Shown here piece after piece: positions 61,807-64,000 of a stretch of DNA of 64,000 nt (position 1 is the first letter of the stretch; every line of letters starts with the position of its first letter). The notes beneath the pieces were generated by a model. It did not search any database, was not told the DNA's origin, and was given only the letters and a program-made list of their open reading frames with translations. The position numbers and the translations under genes were made by a program. The DNA lies in contig OY970325.1 in assembly GCA_963717145.1 (NCBI GenBank), forward strand, positions 1,024,001 to 1,088,000, given 5' to 3'. The stretch comes from an uncultured Armatimonadetes bacterium. Its GTDB lineage: Bacteria; Armatimonadota; UBA5829; DTJY01.

Positions 61807-62484
61807 TTGAACGAAAGCTTATCGGAAGAACTCCCTCAGAAGCCCGCAGCACGAGAACCCGAGTCCTCGACCGACGGCGTGTTGGGTATGTTGAATCTCC
61901 GTTCAGCCAAGCTCGGCGCCCCGGACGGGCATAGCGAGCGTGTAGCCGTCTACGCGACGGCGATCGGGAAACAGCTCGACCTCTGCGAGAAGACTCTGAA
62001 GGACCTCCAGAGCGCCGCTGTTCTCCACGATATCGGCAAAGTGGGTATCTCACCGTCGATCGTGGAGAAGCTCGGACGCCTCTCGGACCGCGAGTTCGAG
62101 ATCATGCGCCTGCACTCGACGATCGCTATCCGGATGCTGGAGCAGGTCAAGGGCCTCGAGGATTCGCTCCCAATGATCAAGCACCATCACGAGCGGTTTG
62201 ACGGCAAAGGGTACCCGGATGGACTCGGCGGCCGTGACATTCCTCTCGGCGCGAGGGTGATCGCCGTTGCAGAGACCTTCGACATCCTAGTGTCCAACGT
62301 TCCCTGGCGTGAGGCGCTGCCGATCGACCGTGCGATCGAGGAGATGAAGGACAGCTCAGGCACGCAGTTCGATCCGATCGTAGTAGAGGCGTTCCTCTCG
62401 GCATACGAGAGCAATCTGCTCATGTTGCCGGAAGAGATCATCGGCGACCGCAGAGATTCCGAACCACACACCAAGCCAAACTAG
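61807..62484 (+). CDS. HD-GYP domain phosphodiesterase
   Basis: HSERV, LHDIGK, HHERFDGKGYPDGL, GTQFDP. Confidence 0.9.
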   Translation: MNESLSEELPQKPAAREPESSTDGVLGMLNLRSAKLGAPDGHSERVAVYATAIGKQLDLCEKTLKDLQSAAVLHDIGKVGISPSIVEKLGRLSDREFEIMRLHSTIAIRMLEQVKGLEDSLPMIKHHHERFDGKGYPDGLGGRDIPLGARVIAVAETFDILVSNVPWREALPIDRAIEEMKDSSGTQFDPIVVEAFLSAYESNLLMLPEEIIGDRRDSEPHTKPN

Positions 62485-62568
62485 TGTCAAGACACGTCAT
62501 AACTAGCAGAGCGAAGAAACTGTCCCGACGGGACGGATTCTTCGCTCTGCTCATTAATGACCCCGCGC

Positions 62569-62597
62569 TTGACAGGCCCTCCGTCGTGACGTATACT
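62569..62597 (+). promoter_or_regulatory. Sigma70 promoter for selC
   Basis: TTGACA-17-TATACT. Confidence 0.75.
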
Positions 62598-62614
62598 GCC
62601 GACACCAGCCGCGT

Positions 62615-62711
62615 GGGGGCGGATTGGGCCTGGTGGCTTGCCTGGTCTTCAAAATCAGTGCGAGGCCTGAAGAGGGTCTCGGGTGGGTTCGATTCCCACA
62701 CGCTCCCGCCA
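62615..62711 (+). tRNA. selC: tRNA-Sec (TCA)
   Basis: Anticodon loop CTTCAAA, long variable arm, GTGGG-TTCGATT-CCCAC, GCCA end, selA nearby. Confidence 0.92.
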
Positions 62712-62718
62712 GATTCTG

Positions 62719-63670
62719 CTATCGTGTTCGACGATGACGCCTCCGCACTAACCCCGCGAGCGCTCCCATGCCTCCGAGAAGCGCCACTACTGAGGACGGC
62801 TCGGGTACGATCCTGAGGGCCATGTATGCCGGACGATTCAGCCCGCAGACGGTGAACCAATCGGTGTACCGACCCGTGTTTCCGTCATAGCGAAGGATGC
62901 GGTCAGTGCCGGCGCTGGCGACATACAGATTTCCATCCGGGCCGAACAGAATCCCTGTCGGCCTGTTCACACCCGCGCCCGATGAGAATATCCTGCGGTA
63001 CGCGCCTGTCGAACCGTTGTATCTCAGTATCTGATTGCTGCCGAGGCTGCTGACATACAGGTCACCATCGGGACCAAACGTCAGGCCGGACGGGGCACGC
63101 AGTGGACTTCCGGACGCGAATGCTCCCATTGGCAAGCCCGTGTCGCCGTCATAGCGCATTACTTTGTCGGAGCCGGAACTGCTCACATACAGATTGCCGT
63201 CGGGTCCGGCAATGATTCCATCCGGACTTTTCAGTCCGTCAGCCTGATGCAAAGACCCCCGCGAAGGCCCCCGTCGAACCATCATAGCTGAGCACCTGGT
63301 CAGAGCCGTAGCTGTTGACGTACAGATTGCCGTCCGGTCCAAACGTGAGCCCGGATGGCTTGTTCAGTCCACCACCGGACGCGAAGATTCCCATGTAGGC
63401 GCCTGTGAAGCCGTTGTACCGCAGCACCTGGTTGCCGTTGTATGAGCTGACGTAGAGGTGATGATCCGGGCCGAACGCGATGCCTCGCGGCTGATCGGGC
63501 AGAATGCCTGTCAGGAAGGAGTCGATCTGAGTGCCGGTCACTCCGTTGTAGCGGGTGACTTGATTGCTCCACTGATTGCTGACGAAGAACTCATAGGTCG
63601 ATGCACTGCCCACCGCTGCTCCCACGAGGGAAAGTGCACAGAGAAGCAGGAAAAGAAGCCGAGTACGCAC
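62719..63670 (-). CDS. PEP-CTERM protein with NHL/Vgb-like beta-propeller repeats; frameshift near 63245
   Basis: Signal peptide; repeated P.G..FGPDGNLYVSS....V.RY.G.TG; C-terminal VPEPSS-TM-RRRHRR. Confidence 0.85.
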
Positions 63671-63719
63671 GTGTTACCTCCTCCGCCACTTCCTATGGCG
63701 GAATGCCAAGAGGCTTCTA

Positions 63720-63736
63720 TGCACGAATCGTGCCAA
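63720..63736 (-). promoter_or_regulatory. Sigma54 (-24/-12) promoter candidate
   Basis: TTGGCACG-ATTC-GTGCA about 50 nt upstream of the GTG start. Confidence 0.65.
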
Positions 63737-64000
63737 ACTCAGCCGTTGTCACATATGTGACGAAGAATTCATACATGTAGTAGGTGTTGGGGTCACATTC
63801 GATAGTTGCGCTGTCCTTGATCGCGAACTCCTACGCAGGGAAAAACAGTGCGTGTTGCCTCATTTAACTTTGTTACCGAAACGCCATTCGTTGCGTCATT
63901 GATAATGTTACCAAGTAGTGTGTTCAAGTATGTCAGATCGGCTCTTGATCGCCGCTCAGGGCCGCGCCTTGCTCGCTTTCGATCTGTCTTTGTTCGGCAT

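Noticed and set aside
63239-63245. Selenocysteine UGA readthrough in the PEP-CTERM gene
   Set aside because: The repeat pattern continues in a different frame, so this is a frameshift. No in-frame Cys-equivalent TGA was found in window genes.

Overview
GC-rich bacterial chromosome segment. PEP-CTERM-type proteins, GHL10 hydrolases, a T-box, futalosine genes and selA/selC suggest a diderm such as Armatimonadota (inference). It holds a futalosine menaquinone cluster (mqnL/ubiD, ubiX, mqnP, mqnE, mqnA, mqnC plus an MTAP-type phosphorylase), carbohydrate enzymes, four tRNAs, tig-clpP-clpX-lon, T-box/valS, miaB-mutS-mutL, and selA with tRNA-Sec. An accessory block at about 37.7-42.1 kb is the most unusual part. 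It encodes a TPR-HEPN (LA2681-like) protein, a methyltransferase-endonuclease fusion, and a 221-aa helical/FN3-like protein preceded by a 13-unit, strictly 21-bp-periodic array that may encode (T/S)SP heptads. Other highlights are an in-frame REP palindrome inside a GH57 gene, a candidate anti-SD sRNA opposite a small ORF, a GH2 homolog lacking both catalytic glutamates, tRNA-Arg(UCG), and at least six families of intergenic palindromes. Several frameshifts may be assembly errors. No CRISPR array, transposase or reverse transcriptase was seen.
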